This document shows, one piece after another, positions 52,027 to 64,000 of a stretch of 64,000 bases of DNA. Origin of the DNA: Eledone cirrhosa (lineage: Eukaryota); the NCBI GenBank assembly GCA_964016885.1, contig OZ024743.1:35464001-35528000 (forward strand). The letters run 5' to 3'. A program made the position numbers and the translations under genes. Positions within the stretch are counted from its first letter, which is position 1; each line of letters starts with the position of its first letter. The notes beneath the pieces were generated by a model that had not been told where the DNA came from, ran no database searches, and was given only the letters and a program-made list of their open reading frames with translations.

Positions 52027-53857
52027 AAGGTTTTATTTAAAATTGTTGGGTTACAACAAGTAAATATTTTATAACTGATATAAAGCACTCGACAAGTTTT
52101 TGGAGTATATATACGATATTAAACAAATGGAAACTAGATTTATAAAACCATATTTATTTCATTATACATATTTCAGGGATACCATATTAAAAATATGGCA
52201 TGCCTTCGTCAGATAAAATACAATATATAAACAGTTTTATAAATAATTTTGACGTACCATATTATAAGCGACCATTAAATTAGGAAGCTGTCTGGGTAGT
52301 GATTTGTTTATACTTATTTAGTTATAGTGTTAAGCACAGTTAGAAAAAAGACGGAGAGAAAGAAGAAACGGAGGTAAAGAAAAAACAGAGAAATAGAGGG
52401 GAGAGAAAGAAAGGAGGAGGTGAAAAGGAACAAGGAAGAAATAAGAGAGGCAAACGAAAGTAACAGATAAATAATAATTCACCATACATATAGAAAAACT
52501 CAAGAGAGAGGGAGTACTATATAGAGAGAGAAGGATAATAATTATTTAGTTATAGTGTTAAGCACAGTTAGAAAAAAGACGGAGAGAAAGAAAAAACTGG
52601 AGATAAAGAAAAAGAAAAAACGGAGGGAAAGGAAGAGAGAGAGAGAGAAAATATAAATATATAGGAGGAAGTGAAAGAGAAACAAGAGAGAAATAGGAGA
52701 GGCAAACGAAAGCGATAGATAGATAATAATTCATCATACACAAAGACAAACTCAAGAGAGAGGAGAAAGTGCTATATAGAGAGAGAAGGATATAGTTACA
52801 TCTTTACGTCATGTCATATCAATTTGAATTATCAATTCATATGAAATGGATAATAAGAATGCAAATATCGATATTCATGAATGAGACATAGATATATAAT
52901 ATGAGAAAATAACATTGTTCAATAATGACCATATGTTTAGTTTAAAACTCTGAGGTCAATATACCAAAATCTGAGATAAAACCTTCAAAAAATTACCCTA
53001 TTTATAAAAATACGGAAATATATATGTATATATATATATACGTATATGTACTTTCTGAAAAAAGAAAAAATAGAAAATTATGTCTAACTCTAGTCAATAA
53101 TATAGACATACACATGACTTCACCTGATCAACCTTATAATTTCTTGTGTCATACAAAAAATTTCTTGTGTTATAAAAATTTCACTGTATATATACATAAA
53201 TATACGATTAATATTCATGTTCTCACATATATGATTACCGTCTATGTATTTAATATTATGCATATCTGTAACATATACAAAACCATACCTATATATATAT
53301 ATATATATGTATATATAAAATCTGCGTGAGTTTACCAGCATCTCTACGCACATATACAGACACATGAACACATAAAATAAACTCTATAAACCTTCTATAT
53401 GCATGTTAATACACATATGGCCTTTGTATAGAGATAATCAAATATCAATATATCAGCACAGAAACATCAAAACATTAAAATACTTTCAACACATTATAGA
53501 GTATCTCAGGCCAAAAACAATATGCTTCATATATTTACTACAGAAATGTACCCTTCCCATATTTCAAACAATATATTGCAAAGTTAGTTATAAGCTATCA
53601 GAGTCAAATAACAAATAAAAACCAAAAATTATTTAAAAGATTTAGAAGACCCAGTGATTCTACGGATGCCCTTATATTTAGTATAGAAATTTATCTTGCG
53701 TAAAATTTATTTAATACATTGGGAGCATATACACTTTAGAGTAGTTTATTACATCTTTGTTTATAATTAGGAAGAAGGTTTAAAAAGAAAAAGGTGAAGG
53801 AATCAAATGATTTATCGTCAGGTTTCATATATTAACTAAATTTCATAATTAATTATA

Positions 53858-54165
53858 CTACATTTTAAATTTATATTTATATTTAAACGTTGAGTTCAAT
53901 CTATGTCTGCAGCAACTGAATAAATTGCTCCTTAAATTAAGGGAATTTTTGGACTTTAATATAAAGAATACCTCCTCCACACAGAGATCACATGTCTCTG
54001 ATGAGGAATTAAAGGGAATTCCCTTTGAGACAATATTCCAAAACATCGAATACTCAACATTATCTCGTTTAAGTTGCCAGAGTAGGCTTGATAGCGAAGT
54101 TGAGGATTTTTTGTTTGGATCTGTGAAAGAATTCTTATGATTATTGAAGCGAAGTTTAAATTCTG
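53858..54165 (-). pseudogene. PLE GIY-YIG C-terminal fragment
   Basis: TEFKLRFNNHKNSFTDPNKKSSTSLSSLLWQLKRDNVEYSMFWNIVSKGIPFNSSSETCDLCVEEVFFILKSKNSLNLRSNLFSCCRHR, open up to the inversion junction. Confidence 0.85.
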
Positions 54166-54381
54166 TCCTTGTTCCTTTTCACTTCCTCCTTTCTTTCTCT
54201 CCCCTCTATTTCTCTGTTTTTTCTTTACCTCCGTTTCTTCTTTCTCTCCGTCTTTTTTCTAACTGTGCTTAACACTATAACTAAATAAGTATAAACAAAT
54301 CACTACCCAGACAGCTTCCTAATTTAATGGTCGCTTATAATATGGTACGTCAAAATTATTTATAAAACTGTTTATATATTG

Positions 54382-54447
54382 TATTTTATCTGACGAAGGC
54401 ATGCCATATTTTTAATATGGTATCCCTGAAATATGTATAATGAAATA
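54382..54447 (+). ncRNA. Hammerhead ribozyme with long stem II (element-sense copy at 52155-52220, minus strand)
   Basis: TATTTTAT-CTGACGA-AGG.ATGCCATATT(TTT)AATATGGTAT.CCT-GAAA-TATGTA-TA^ATGAAATA. Confidence 0.78.
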
Positions 54448-54487
54448 AATATGGTTTTATAAATCTAGTTTCCATTTGTTTAATATC

Positions 54488-54540
<53 letters not shown>

Positions 54541-54989
54541 TTCAGATTTAGCGATTTTGGCAGTCCACAGCGAAGAAAAATTTAGAATATAATAGTGTAA
54601 ATATGTTTGTTTATTAAATTTGATCATAAGATCAACTGTTAAGTAGAATATATTTGTATGAGTGTGTGTGTGTGTGTCTGTGTGTGTGTGTTTGTGTATG
54701 TATGCGTGTGTGTGTGTTTGTTTTATTAAAGATTATTAAATAAAATGTAATTTTTCATTTCTTGATTTTTAAAATCGTGTGGTTAGTGGTAATGAATCTT
54801 AATTAAAATTTATCTCTCCTGGTGAATACACTTCTATATTCTCCTATGAAACAGGTTTGCTCACACACACTTACATATACATTTACCCATGGCTAAGCCT
54901 GTGCCGATTTGTAAATTCATTCGTAACCATGCACATTTGGGGTAGATTTGTGCATATTTACTAATTCATATATAAGGGTAAAGACCTCC

Positions 54990-55317
54990 TCAGTCACTAA
55001 TGGCCACGGGATTTGAACCTAGAAAATTCCCCTCCAAGGCACAAGTCCAAGCAAGGTTGTTTGTGGAAGACCAGTAGTCATCCATGCATACCAGTCTCCC
55101 CTCCTCCACGCCACCGATGTTGTCCAAGGGAAAGTCAAAGGCTGATACAGCTTGGCACCAGTGACGTCGCAACTCATTTCTACAGCTGAGTAAACTGGAT
55201 CAACGTGAAATAAAGTGTCTTGCTCAAGAACACAACACAAAGCCCGGTCCGAGAATCGAACTCACAACCTCACAATTGTAAGCCCGATACTCTCACTATT
55301 AAGCCATGCGCCTTCAC
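54990..55317 (-). mobile_element. tRNA-derived SINE (second family)
   Basis: Minus strand GTGAAGGCGCATGGCTTAATAGTGAGAG (A box) ... GAGTTCGATTC (B box) ... TTCTTGAGCAAGACACTTTA. Confidence 0.8.
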
Positions 55318-55618
55318 AATTCATATATACATGCTCACATATATAACCATTCCACCAAAACATTGAGACCAGACAGTACTAAAATTTAACATCGAATTTC
55401 TTAATCTCAATTACTAATCCTTCTTACTCACCTCCTTAACCCCCACCACCTCACCACATCTACTAAGCAAAATAACTACACACACACACACACATGTATG
55501 TACAGTGAACATTAATAAGCCTATATTTCACTGAAGAAGCTTAGCGAACTTACCACTCACTTTGCTGAAACTGCATATCTATATTGGAAGAAAATGAATG
55601 AATAAATATACTGTATAC

Positions 55619-55669
<51 letters not shown>

Positions 55670-55718
55670 AGTTTCATACAGAGCGACATTATTACTGAAA
55701 CGTGAGAGTAATAAGCGT

Positions 55719-55841
<123 letters not shown>

Positions 55842-55934
55842 CTAATGAAATATTTCGCGTAACATAAGAAAAAAATGAGCCTATATTTCCGCAACACGTT
55901 TGTTGATAACCGACTACAAAGGATTGCTTCAAAT

Positions 55935-56098
55935 CAACGTACGAGCTTTCTTCCTCAAATTCCTCGTCCCTTTACGATCTGAGTTCAAATCCCGCCGAGG
56001 TTGACTTTGCCTTTCATCCTTACGGCGTCGATAGAATAAAGTACCAGGAATGCTCTGGGTAATTGCTGGCCTTGTGCCTAAAGTAGAAACAATTATTA
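55935..56098 (+). mobile_element. SINE copy (major family); further copies at 57153-57368, 57845-57900 (head only) and 62140-62350
   Basis: TCTGAGTTCAAATCCCGCCGAGGTTGACTTTGCCTTTCATCCTTACG...GGCCTTGTGCCTAAAGTAGAAACAATT. Confidence 0.85.
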
Positions 56099-58299
56099 AG
56101 CTCAATCTCGTCAACAACAATCTAAATATCGTCATCATCAACCTCAATCTCGTCATCGTCAGTCTCAATTACGTTTTCATCAGTCTCAATTACGTTTTCG
56201 ACTGTCTCGATTACGTTGTCGACTGTTTCGACTACGTCATGGTCAACTTAAATTTCCTACAGTAATAATGGAGTGAATTCTTTTATGAACAGATATTGAC
56301 ATCAACGATTACTCGTGGCAGAATTGTAAAAGAATGTAAACATTAAAAAGTTTTGCAAAAGATAACAAGCTTTGTATAATACAAATTGTTGCACCTTTCC
56401 TTACCATAAATATACATATATTTTGTATATTATATTATATATAACACGACAAAGACAAAAATAAATAAAATCCATAAATAACTTTCCTCTCAGTCTTTTC
56501 TGTAAAAAGATCTTGAATTTCTCTGGCATATGAAATAGAAACCTTTAAGATATTTATCAACACTTGGTTTTGACAACTTTACATTAAAATGTTCAAAAAC
56601 CATGTCGGACAGTATTTTAAAATATGTATGCCATTTTCGTCTTTCTGAGGTTTATATAAAGTTTTTCATTTTGACTCTTTTGTTCAATACAATCTCCGTG
56701 TTTGTATATTTCTATAACAGATTATAGAAACATACTTAATTTAAAATTCTCTTCCTCTGGTTGAACATGGTGGCTGATGAACAATATCGCTGATAAAACA
56801 AATGAAAGTTAATGGTGAAATCGAAGTTGACGATGTCGAAATTGAAGTTGACGATATCGTAAACGAAACAGATAACATGATTGAGGCAGACGATGGCGAG
56901 ATTAAGATTGACGTTAGCGAGACTGAGGTTGAACATTTGAAGGAGATACCCTAAAATATATATCCTTGGCACATGCTAATACTAACAGTTTGGTATAAAC
57001 GAACATATAATAGTTTCATGAACATCTCGTACAACCCAGCCACATCATAAAATATCTGCATAGGATTTCCGACCTTCTAATAGTAAGCAATGATCCATCA
57101 AACATTGCAAAAACCAAATTTAATTTGTTTTTTCGTTTCATTATCATATCTGAGTGGATTGATAGTATCGGCAGAGGGTCGGACGCCATGCTTTGCAGCA
57201 TAGAGTTATGGCCCTTTATGATCTGAGTTCAACTCCCGCCGAGGTTAACTTTGCCTTTCATCCTTACGTGGTCGATAAAATAAAGTACCAGTCACTCACT
57301 GGGGTCGATTAAATCGACTTTCCCCTTCCCCAAAATTGCTGGTCTTGTGCCTATATAAGAAACCATTATCATGTCTGAATGTTGTTTAGTTACGGCTTTT
57401 TAAAATTGTGTTCAAAATCCAGTTATAGTCAACTTCACCTTACATCCTTCTGATTTTTATAGCTTTCAGCTGTACTTTCTGTTTCGTTGTTTCTTTGATT
57501 GATGGAATATCAGGTTTTGAAGTTGCTTTGTATTTCTTAATCATCTTCCGCCCTTTTCTTCATTTGACAGATTTCCCAGCATATATTTCATCTAAGATCG
57601 ATAAGATATACTACCGGTCAAATACTGGGATTGATATCATTGATTTCCTACTCCCGAATTTCTGGCCTGTACATAAATTTAAAACTATTGTCATGTCTGT
57701 TGATAAGATTACTTTTAAACATTATCATAGATTGGTTATCGACAAGGAATGCTATAGAGAAAAACAATGTATATATAATACTAAGATAAATAAAATAATA
57801 TATATAATACTAGCATACAATATAGTCTACGTATATATAATATTAGGCGGCGAATTAGCAGAGTCGTTAGAACGTCGGATAGAATGTTGTATGATAGAAT
57901 GCTGCATGATAGAATGCTTTTTTTTTTTGCAAACCGGTATGTATGTATGTATGTATGTATGTATGTATGTATGTATGTATGTATGTATGTATGTTCTTCT
58001 GGTTTTATAATTTCACAAATTTTTGCCAATAGAGAGAGAGTCGGTTTCTAACATAGACACAAGACTCTCTCATTGGAATTTACACATCATCAACTAGATA
58101 GATTATGTATGCATGTCTGCATGCATGCATGTGTAGATATGAATGTTATTGTATGTGTGGATGTGTATGTTTTGAATTGTATGTGTGCATGTGTATATGC
58201 TTAGTATCTGTACATGTGTATATGCAGTTATTAGATGCAAAATGTTTGGAATGTTTTACATATTTTTATTGTTCCATTAATGGATTGTACTTGTAATTT

Positions 58300-60790
58300 C
58301 CTAACTAGTTGTGTTCTTTCTGTTCCTGTGAAGCCCAGCTTCTCAAGATTTGTATTGAGGCAATTACTAACATACCCCAGTGCCCCAATAATCATTTCCA
58401 GGCATAAATATGAAGGTATAATCAGGGTGGAGTATCTGCAGATTTCTCATCAGTTCTGCATAAATATTATCCTTTTCGCTAATCTTTGATATTATATTGG
58501 CATCTGCTGGACAGCTAACTTCCACTACTGTGCATGCCTTCTTTTCCCTGTCCCATATCATAAAATATCTGGTCTGTTATGCCTGCATTTTATTGGGGTT
58601 TTTACTGGAACATTTCACCAGTATTCTTTCATATTATGTATGTGGATGTCTTCCACATTGATGTGGCTTTTAATGTGTTTATTATCGGGGTTATCTTTTC
58701 TACGGATTGCATTGTACAGTGTTTTGGCCACTACATCATGCCTCATAGGTAGATAGTACCGCGATGACATCTTTGGACAGCTGCTGATGACATGGGTGAT
58801 ATGCTCGATGTTAGTTCTGCAGAGTCTGCACTTGTTATCACATCTAGGTGTCTTGCTTGCATCCCTATCTCTTTGTGAATCAGGTATTTCGTGTTGATTT
58901 CCTGTTCTTGGATTGCAAAAGCGTATCCTTCAAAGTGGGAGCCAATATAGCGGTTGTTGGTCCAAGATAGACTACTTTTTTTAATCTATATTACTCTCAC
59001 TCTGGAGCTTCCTGGCAAAATATCCATGCATGATATTTTGCTGATAAGCATGCAGTTTTTCATCCATAGATTCACTGCGATACTGCTGAGCGACTTCCCT
59101 GGGTGTGAGTTTTTGATTATCACACAGGGAATACCTCTCGAGGAGTTCCTTCCCAACTCTCATGATCTTATCTGTTTCATGCAGATAGACTTGCTCGAGA
59201 GACGGGCTCCTACGCTTTGAGGTTCGTAGATGTTTTCGGAGTGATATGATGCGACATTCAAATGCTGTCTTGACTGATGTTAGGCTTCTGTTTCCCTGCT
59301 TACGTTTCAAGTAAAGGCGGTCTATGTCACTGTTGATGTGGAAGTTTCCGGTGTTGTTTAGTATTTTTCGAGTTCTAACATTAATTGCTCGGATTTCGTC
59401 TATCGTCCAATTGAGTATTCCAAAAGTAGGTGTTAGGACAGACACAGCAAACACATTGTGAGCCACTGTTTTGTTTTGCGCAGAGTTCCGATGACCATAT
59501 CTTTCTTAATCGGGTGTAGTATTCCCTGGTTACGCGTTCCTTATTACAGATACCATTATAGGATATGTTCTCATCTATCCCCAGTTATCTGTAGTAGTCC
59601 TCATCAGATATTGGTGAAACAGTTAGGCCATTGATACAAATGTTGCTAGATTGGGTTGTTGTTTTTCCCCGCTTTACAATCATATATGAGCATTTATCTT
59701 GGCCAACTCCATTCCTATATCCTTTGAGAATGTTGTAACCAGGTCAAGATTTTTCTTCATCTCATCCATGTTCTTGGTATAGAGTTTCAGATCATCCACA
59801 AAGAAATTATGGGTTAGGTTCGTATTTCTGTCCACCTGTGAGCCAATGATGTATCCTTCACATTTCTTGAGCAGAAAGGGCAAGGGGTTTAATGACAGGA
59901 TGAATAATATAATAGAGAGACTGTCTCCCTGAAATATACCCCTACGATATTTTATTTTATCAGTGAAAATAGAGTCCCCCTTCTGTGTCTTTAACCTTAG
60001 GATAGTAGCCCAAGAAGAAGACATCTTCTCGATGGATCTGATAATAATGTCTGGGACTTTAGCAAGTCGGAGGGCCTCTATCATCCAAGAGTAGGGAACA
60101 GAATCTAAAGCTTTCCTGTAGTCCAGCCAGACTGTAGCCATATTCCTCCTAAGTTGTCGCACCTCCGACATCGCAGTTTTGTTGATTAGGAGTTGTTCAG
60201 CACATCCCCAAACCCATTTCTTTCCAGCTGCTTGTTCATCTGTGATGATGTTATTATTTTCACAATGATCTTGGAGGAATAGGTTCAGGCAGGCTGTATA
60301 CATCTTATACATCAGGTTCTGGCATGCAATGGGTCGGTAGTTTTTTGCCAGGTGGGTGTCTTTGTTCTTGGGGACCAGTAATGTTTGTGCTAATGTCAAC
60401 CATTCTGGTATAAGTGTATCTCCCTTAAGAACTTGATGGTAGAGGTCGGTAAGATACCTCCGATAGAATATCAGTTTTTTGTACCAGTAGCGGATAATCA
60501 TGTCTCTTCCTGGTGTTTTCTTATCTTGAAGTTTTCCTATCACAGTCTCAAGGGTACCCTCACTTATTTCATATGTTTTTGTTGTAGTGTAGTAGCAATA
60601 GTTCTTTTGGATTTCTTTTAGCCACACTGCATCTTGGTTGAAATTCTTCTTTTCACCCCATATTTTTCTCTAAAAGGAATCTATGACTTTCTGGGATGGG
60701 GCCTCAGTGACACTTATTATTTTGCCCTTTATATCTCTATAGACTGATGTTTGTCTCGTCTGAATCTTTTATTAAGCACCTTTCTTTCAT
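58300..60790 (-). pseudogene. 5'-truncated R4/Dong-type LINE (RT, CCHC finger, RLE endonuclease), frameshifted
   Basis: NYRPIACQNLMYK, WLDYRKALDSVP, RGIFQGDSLS, HNFFVDDLKLY (ORF 59680..60627), DIDRLYLKRKQG, CRLCRTNIEHITHVISSCP, HNRPD..IWDREKKACTVVEVSCP. Confidence 0.88.
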
Positions 60791-61027
60791 CTACCTTCTT
60801 CAGGTATGTATGTATGTATGTATGTATGTATGTATGTATGTATGTATGTATGTATGTATGTATGCACGCATACACAAACAGAGACACATACGCGCGCACA
60901 CTTACTTATATGTATATACACATTTAATTTATACATATATATTTATATATAAATACATTTATTTACACGCACACAAGCACGACACACACACATACACACA
61001 TACACACACGCACACACACACACACAC

Positions 61028-61079
<52 letters not shown>

Positions 61080-61723
61080 TATAAATATATATTCAGCGAG
61101 AATCGTATTTCGGCTGGTAGAAAAAGCGAAACGAAACGCAAAATCGTAGAAATGCTGGCAAGCGCTCCAATAGTTAAGAAAAACCAGAGCTAAACAATAT
61201 GTTAAAACGCCATACAACTGAAAAGTGGTCAAGAAGGCATTAACCACCTAAGCCAAAAAACAAGTCAAGCTAAACAGGTCAAACAAAATAAATGATATAA
61301 ACAGACCTGGACCCAAGTGGAATTGATGGTAAAATCCAAATGCAGGGTTTCTATGACACCTAAATCAATAATACTGTCTGCTTAAAACTATAAACTTTCA
61401 GCATAAAGATCGAACAAGTAATATCACGTTATCAACAGGTATTTTGCTCTTTAACCAACTTTGTGAGTGACGCAGAACCATGTAAAGGCACTTGGGTAAG
61501 TCTCAAGGGGAAATTCCCCAGATTTTGGCAAATGAATTCAGTATGTGTATATCATACAAAAAATTGCATAGATAGCACAAATCGAATAAGCACTCAACCG
61601 GGTAGTTTTTAAAATAAACTTATGCAATTAATCTGTCAATAGAATTATTAACAGGTTAATTGTTAGACTCGGGAGATTAATATAAATATATATTCAGCGA
61701 TAATCGTATTATGGCTGGTAGAA

Positions 61724-61775
<52 letters not shown>

Positions 61776-62045
61776 CTTCGAAGTTACTGCCACGTTTTAC
61801 TTCGAAAAATAAAACCTTTACTCTGCTCCCATGTATTGTGTACATATTCAGTTAATATTTCACGTTTTATGTACGTTTGTACATAAAACACTCCCTTTAA
61901 TATGTAACTATGTATATATATAGTAAAGGTTTTATTTTTCGAAGTAAAACGTGGCAGTAACTTCGAAGTTTTGGGGTTTGAAATAGCCACTTGAAACATA
62001 TACAAACACACACAGACATATCCCCTACCTCATACACACACATAG

Positions 62046-62141
<96 letters not shown>

Positions 62142-62671
62142 GCGATGGATTGGCAGTATCGGTAGAGTGTCGGACGTTATGCTTTGCAGCAAAGAGTTAC
62201 GGCCCTTTATCATCTGAGTTCAAATCCCACCGAGGTTAACTTTGCCTTTCATTCTTACGGAGTCGATAAAATAAAGTACCAGTCACGCACTGGTGTCGAT
62301 TTAATCGACATTTCCCTCCCCCAAAATTTCTGGCCTATATAAGAAACCAATATATATATATATTATAAAGTGAGGTTTTTTTTTTACAAAATGAAAAATA
62401 ACCGAGGTGTCCTACACGAGTGGAAGTATAAAGAAAAAAAGATGAAATCGAAAATGCAACTGGAGTCTTATTTAAAAAAAAAAATATATATTTATTTGGT
62501 TCCTTTACCAGTTCTGGTTTTTCTCACATCTCACATCAGATGTGAGAAAAACCACACATCCTCCATCTCAACTCTACTTTTGAAAAGCAGAAGAACTGCG
62601 AAACCGGTAAAGGAACCAAATAAATATATATATTTTTTTAAAAATAAGACTCCAGTTGCATTTTCGATTTC

Positions 62672-62703
<32 letters not shown>

Positions 62704-62848
62704 CAATATATTAATAAATGGAAACTATATTTATAAAACCATATTTATTTAATTATACATATTTCAAGGGCAACCAAGGCAAATTATGGTGCGCTTTCAT
62801 CAGATAAAATACAGATTTGTTGAATCCCAACAAATTAAATATAACCTC

Positions 62849-62898
<50 letters not shown>

Positions 62899-63090
62899 GC
62901 ATCTCTTGCACATATGCTGCTTCTGTGTGTGATCACGTTTGCTTATATGAGTTTCCTCACGTGAGGGCGTCAGTGCATGTGACTAGCGCAGAAGACTGCT
63001 GTTGTGCACACGTGATTGCATGGCTGTATACGTCTATATTCTTGCCACTTCACACTTCTCACTCTTTCTCCCTATACATATATAATATAT

Positions 63091-63152
<62 letters not shown>

Positions 63153-64000
63153 ACTCACATACATACATACGTATATTTACGTATATGAGTATATGGCTGT
63201 ATGTATATATGTATATAAGTATGTACGTATGTATGTATGGATGGATATATGTATACACACACACATTTATATATGTGCGTGTGTATATGTTGGTGTGTGT
63301 ATTTTATGTATGCGTCTCCGTGTCTGTATTTGTGTATATTTATGTATCCCTGTTTCTTTCTTGATATTTCTTGGTATAAAATGCGTACGATATTGTACCT
63401 GTGTGTGTGTGTATGTGTGTGTGTGTGTGCGTGTGTGCGTGTGTGTGTGTGTGTTTATGAAATAACGAATGATCTTCTGTATGTGTGTGTGTGCTCGAGC
63501 GTGTATACGCGTGTGAGCATTTGTGTGTGTGTGTGTGTGTGCCCGAGCGTGTATACGCGTGTGAGCATTTGTGTGTGTGTGTGTAATAATGTTAGTGTTA
63601 GTGTAGTGAGTGTGTAAGAATAGGATATATGTGTGTGTATGTACTGTAATAAATCATATCTGGCTTATAACACCGTCTGATGTTTTGATGCCATTTTAGA
63701 TGTGTGACGTCACTGGGCCCAGTAGCAGTGCTGCTGGTGGAGGTGGTGGTGGTGGTAGTTATGTTGAAGATGGTGTTGTTGATAAGGATTGTCGTAGTTG
63801 TAGCGATAATAGGATGCTATTTCTATTGGTGATAGTGTTGCTGGTGATGATGGTGGATAGTGAATGGTGATGGGGACGATAGTAGTAACGGTGATGCTGT
63901 ATGTGGCGTCTGTTTTGTTGGTGTCAATTATAGATGGTAGTTATTGTAGTAGCTGGTGTTGTTTACTTCTCCCCTCTCCCCTAGGTTCGTCTCTGATCGA

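Larger units (their letters stand above)
52106..54496 (-). mobile_element. Second PLE, 5'-truncated with inverted pLTR
   Basis: 52106-52436 is the reverse complement of 54166-54496 (331 bp, one mismatch seen). Each arm has a hammerhead, and a 228-bp tandem duplication lies at ~52315-52790. Confidence 0.88.

Noticed and set aside
55240-55317. tRNA gene
   Set aside because: A and B boxes are present, but they are the head of a SINE continuing into a SINE body, with no complete cloverleaf.
63660-64000. Thr/His-rich coding exon on the minus strand
   Set aside because: It is a low-complexity GGT/GAT/GTA tract with stops and no identifiable product.

Overview
AT-rich, microsatellite-dense animal DNA. 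The SINE families and repeat texture look like an octopus (coleoid cephalopod) genome, which is an inference from recalled repeat consensuses. No host protein-coding gene can be supported, and most ORFs in the track are microsatellite translations. The window is a retroelement landscape. It contains (i) a young Penelope-like element (PLE; RT plus GIY-YIG, probably Naiad-type) at 26553-30597 with 387-bp inverted pseudo-LTRs; (ii) a second 5'-truncated and inverted PLE at 52106-54496 plus several decayed PLE relics; (iii) a decayed full-length Tx1/L1-type LINE at about 38122-43499 with a tandem 5'-truncated copy and three other 3' fragments; (iv) R4/Dong-type and RTE-type LINE relics, many tRNA-derived SINEs, non-autonomous Helitrons, and hAT and Tc1/pogo MITEs. 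The most striking structure is a near-perfect tandem array of 310-bp units at 35315-37249. Each unit carries a minimal type I hammerhead ribozyme at the tip of a 16-bp stem, which is the architecture of a retrozyme able to yield a ~310-nt circular RNA. About a dozen further hammerhead or hammerhead-like motifs lie in PLE termini and tiny fold-back elements. Other notable signals are a 31-nt GT-AG segment whose removal would fuse LINE ORF1 in frame to ORF2, and an HDV-like fold in a bipartite RTE derivative. All structures were read by eye; no folding, alignment or database search was run.
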